A stretch of DNA of 64,000 nucleotides from the human T2T-CHM13v2.0 reference genome, Homo sapiens. The notes beneath the pieces are model-generated. The model saw only the letters and a program-made list of their open reading frames with translations. It had not been told where the DNA came from and did no database searches. The stretch lies in NCBI RefSeq assembly GCF_009914755.1, contig NC_060925.1. One strand, given 5' to 3'. The number at the start of each line of letters is the position of its first letter. Positions within the stretch are counted from its first letter, which is position 1. Positions 61,004-64,000 of this stretch are shown here, piece after piece. The position numbers and the translations under genes are program-made.

Positions 61004-64000
61004 ATTTCCCCTCTTCTGTTCTATAGCTCTTCCTCTTCAGATTTCTTCAACAGGATTTGGCTTTGTTGTTCTTCTTGATTATCTAGGAGCAAGAACTTAT
61101 CTGAGTACAGAGGGGGAGACGTAGGGGAGGATTTTGTGAGAGCTGCTTCTATGAGCCTTTGGGTTAACCCACGAATATAGGGTATGATACAGCAGCCCAC
61201 AAGGATGAGTACACCTGTAACAATTGCAAGGGAGGTAATGATTGAGGTCATGAGTCCTTTCCATTTTCCAAACCACCTTTCCATCAGGCCCATAAAGGGA
61301 TCTTCTATTCCAGAGTTTTCGGCTAATTCATTTGCTGGGGTGGTAAGGCCTTGTAAGGTTTTTGAGATTGTCCCATCGGGTGGTGTATTATTAGGGATAA
61401 AAGTACAACACTGGACCCCAATCATGACACAGACTCCGCCTTTTTTGGCTAACATCATGTCAAGCGCTATTCTATTTTCCCAGGCCATCTGGCTGGTAGG
61501 GCCTAATTGTTCAGCTATTCCTTTTATGGCATCTCTGGTATAATTGATGAATCGCTGCTGATTGTAGTATATATAATTTATCCAGTCTACATTTTTATTT
61601 ATAGTGTACCACCAGAATAAGATAGACTCGATCCCAGCAGCTATTTGGTTTCAAGTGTTGAATTCATTTGGTACCCCCGGCAGGACCCCAATGCTGTCTA
61701 TGTAAACGTGGGGGTCAAAGGACCCGTTAATTGGGACTTCTCTTTTTCTTCAGGTTACCTGCTTCCTGTCTGGTTGATGAAATGCCAAGGTGAAAGGGAT
61801 GGCCAATTGGATCAGAGCGCAAGTGCCACTCCAGTCGTTTGGCAGTGTACCCAATATTGGTCCCCCACAATACCACCACACATCCACTCAGGGATGGATA
61901 GGGCCGACTGACTGAAAAAAGTTTGAAAAAGTTTAGTGTCACTACATCCTATTATGTTTCCAAGGAATGTCAAATTTTCCCCTTGCCATGAGAGACATGA
62001 GGTAAAATTGGCATCAAGAGCTGGAAGTTGAATGGCCCTTGGGGGCTGTCCCATAGGGCTCCTGACCTTTGGGAAAAGTAAGAGTGGCACATGACTTGTT
62101 TCCTCAAGCTGTGGGGTGCTAGAAGAGAGCTACCATACAGTCCATGCCGGGTTGGTTGGCCCATCCGAGTGGGAGGGGAACAATTTGGATTTCTGGCCTG
62201 CCCGTTGCACAAGCATAACAATCGCTTTTATTTAGTGTGTCAACAGAATATTTAATCCATTTCAGCCAGGCATTTACATCTTGATACCCGGTTTCTATGG
62301 CTATGGTTTGGTTTAAGTCCTTGACTTCTACTCTAGCTACTTTGGTTTTGTCATTGGGCATGAAGAGAGAAATGGTTTGATTTTGTGGGTTTGGGGAGGG
62401 CGTAATGGTGGAAGATGGAGGAGGAGGAACAAAGTGCGTTTCGAAGAAGCCTATAGGGTCCTTTCCAGTGACATCTGCTCCTAGGCCATAAAAGCACTCT
62501 AAAGTGGGTGTAGGGCTGGTGGAGGTAGGGGTATTAATAAAGATAAGTACTGGGTTGCAATGGTAAGATTGGCAACTAGAGAGGGTGGTTCCTTTGATGA
62601 AGTGGAGGTAGGATTTAGGGCGGTGCAACCCTCTGAGGAGGTCCAGCCCTGATACTTAGTAGTCCATATAACATCTCCCCAAGTATAGCAAAACCATCAA
62701 TGCTAAGTTCGTGCCCATTCAGTGCAAGAGTTAGTTTTGTAGGCAGTGTAATTTATCCTAGAGGGACAAAGGTACTTTTCTGAAGAGGCTAGCTATCTTT
62801 GACTTTGGAGATCCCCACAGGGCATGACAAGACAGGCATTGAATATAATTGTTTGGGGGGAGGGTGATTGGGTTACACTGATGATTAGATGTCCTTGGGT
62901 AGCTAAAGGCAGAAGAAAAAGACAGATTAAACCCTTTTGAATGTTAGTTTGGAGACTGTAGGTCCTGGAGTGAAAGTCCATGACTCTCCAAGGGGTGGGG
63001 CCTTTTTTACTCAAGTGTTGTGGGTCCATCCTTTTTCAGCCGTTGGGATTGCTGTTTCAGTGGTTAGGAGTACTAGATAAGGTCCCTCCCAGGTTGGTTT
63101 GAGCTTTCCCTCTTTCCAACTTTTGATAAGGACGTGATCTCCGGGCTGGTGTTGGTGAACTGGGAATTCGAGGGGTGGAGTTTGCGCTAGGAGGCCTTGA
63201 GTCCTGAGGGAGGAAAGGGTGGAAGACAGACCAAGTATATAGTTTTTGAGAAGCTGACCTTTTGTTTCAAATGTGGGAAGGTCAGTAGTGGAATTTAGAT
63301 AAGGCAGCCCGCAGAGCATTTCATAAGGGGACAGGCCAAGATCTTTTCAAGGGACAGTTTGGATTCTTAGTAAGGCCATGGGAAGGCATTTTGTCCATGG
63401 TAACTGGGTTTCCGAGATTAATTTGGTTAGGTGATTTTTTTTTTTTTGAGACAGAGTCTCACTCTGTTGGCCAGGCTGGAGTGCAGTGGCACGATCTCGG
63501 CTCACTGTAACCTCTGTCTCCCAGTCTCAAGCAATTCTTCTTGCCTCAGCCTCCTGAGAAGCTGGGATTACACCGCACCTGGCCTGGTTAGGTGATTTTT
63601 TAGAGTTTGATTCATTCTTTCTACCCTCCCTGATGAGGGGAAGTGCCAGGGAGTATGATATTCCCATTTTATTCCTGTTGCTTGGGTTAGCCCCTTAATG
63701 ATGTGTGCAGTAAAGTGGGTCCCATTGTCTGAATCAATGTTCTCTGTTAGTCCAAACCTGGGTGATATGTTCCAACAGGGCTTTGACTACATTGCTGGCT
63801 ATTGTGCTTGGGAAGGGGATGGCTTCTACCCAGTGGATGCTAGTCTACTATGACTAGCAAATACTTGAGACAGCCTATTGGGGGCATTTCAGTGTGGTCA
63901 ACTTGGACGCTTTAGAACGGCCTCAGCCCTGGGTTTCTTCCCCCGGGAGGCTTGCCTCTTTAGGGTTTGCTTATTAGTTTTTCTGCACACTATGCAACCA
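61004..64000 (-). mobile_element. Decayed class I ERV internal region (HERV-I/IP10-like): integrase end of pol and env
   Basis: Integrase C-terminus ...PGDHVLIKSW...WEGPYLVLLTTETA (63011-63319); SU fragments; TM with WENRIALDMMLA immunosuppressive-domain-like motif, CVMIGVQCC and hydrophobic anchor; polypurine tract AAGAGGGGAAAT 61004-61015; multiple stops and frameshifts; Alu insertion about 63436-63584. Confidence 0.9.
61021..62900 (-). pseudogene. ERV env pseudogene
   Basis: SU is broken into several ORFs; the furin site reads [TGA]RKR at 61741-61752; a further TGA at 61651-61653; open from 61650 to the stop at 61021. Confidence 0.88.

Overview
Hominid (most likely human) genomic DNA. It contains the whole coding region of IPP/KLHL27, a BTB-BACK-Kelch protein, on the minus strand: a non-coding exon 1 in a CpG island near 57.8 kb and eight coding exons (53598 down to 2307). 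These splice with GT-AG boundaries into a 1755-nt ORF (584 aa). The introns are very rich in Alu and fragmented old L1, and also hold two oppositely oriented SVAs, several solo LTRs, Tigger-type DNA transposons and a small orphan retrocopy. Upstream, on the same strand as IPP, lies the 3' part of a decayed HERV-I/IP10-like provirus (pol-env-LTR). Almost all other ORFs in the track are Alu or SVA artefacts. I see no new multi-gene system. The most unusual items are: (1) a complex rearrangement in intron 8, where a ~397-bp tandem triplication with a hybrid middle copy abuts a ~2.1-kb inversion with an inverted duplicated junction; (2) a strong-context uORF in frame with IPP and separated from it by one TAA; (3) an inverted SVA pair bracketing the frame-preserving exons 4-5; (4) a co-oriented ERV LTR upstream of a gene whose mouse orthologue is LTR-promoted; (5) an unidentified TSD-flanked mRNA 3'-end retrocopy. 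Repeat family names are from recall, not from a search.
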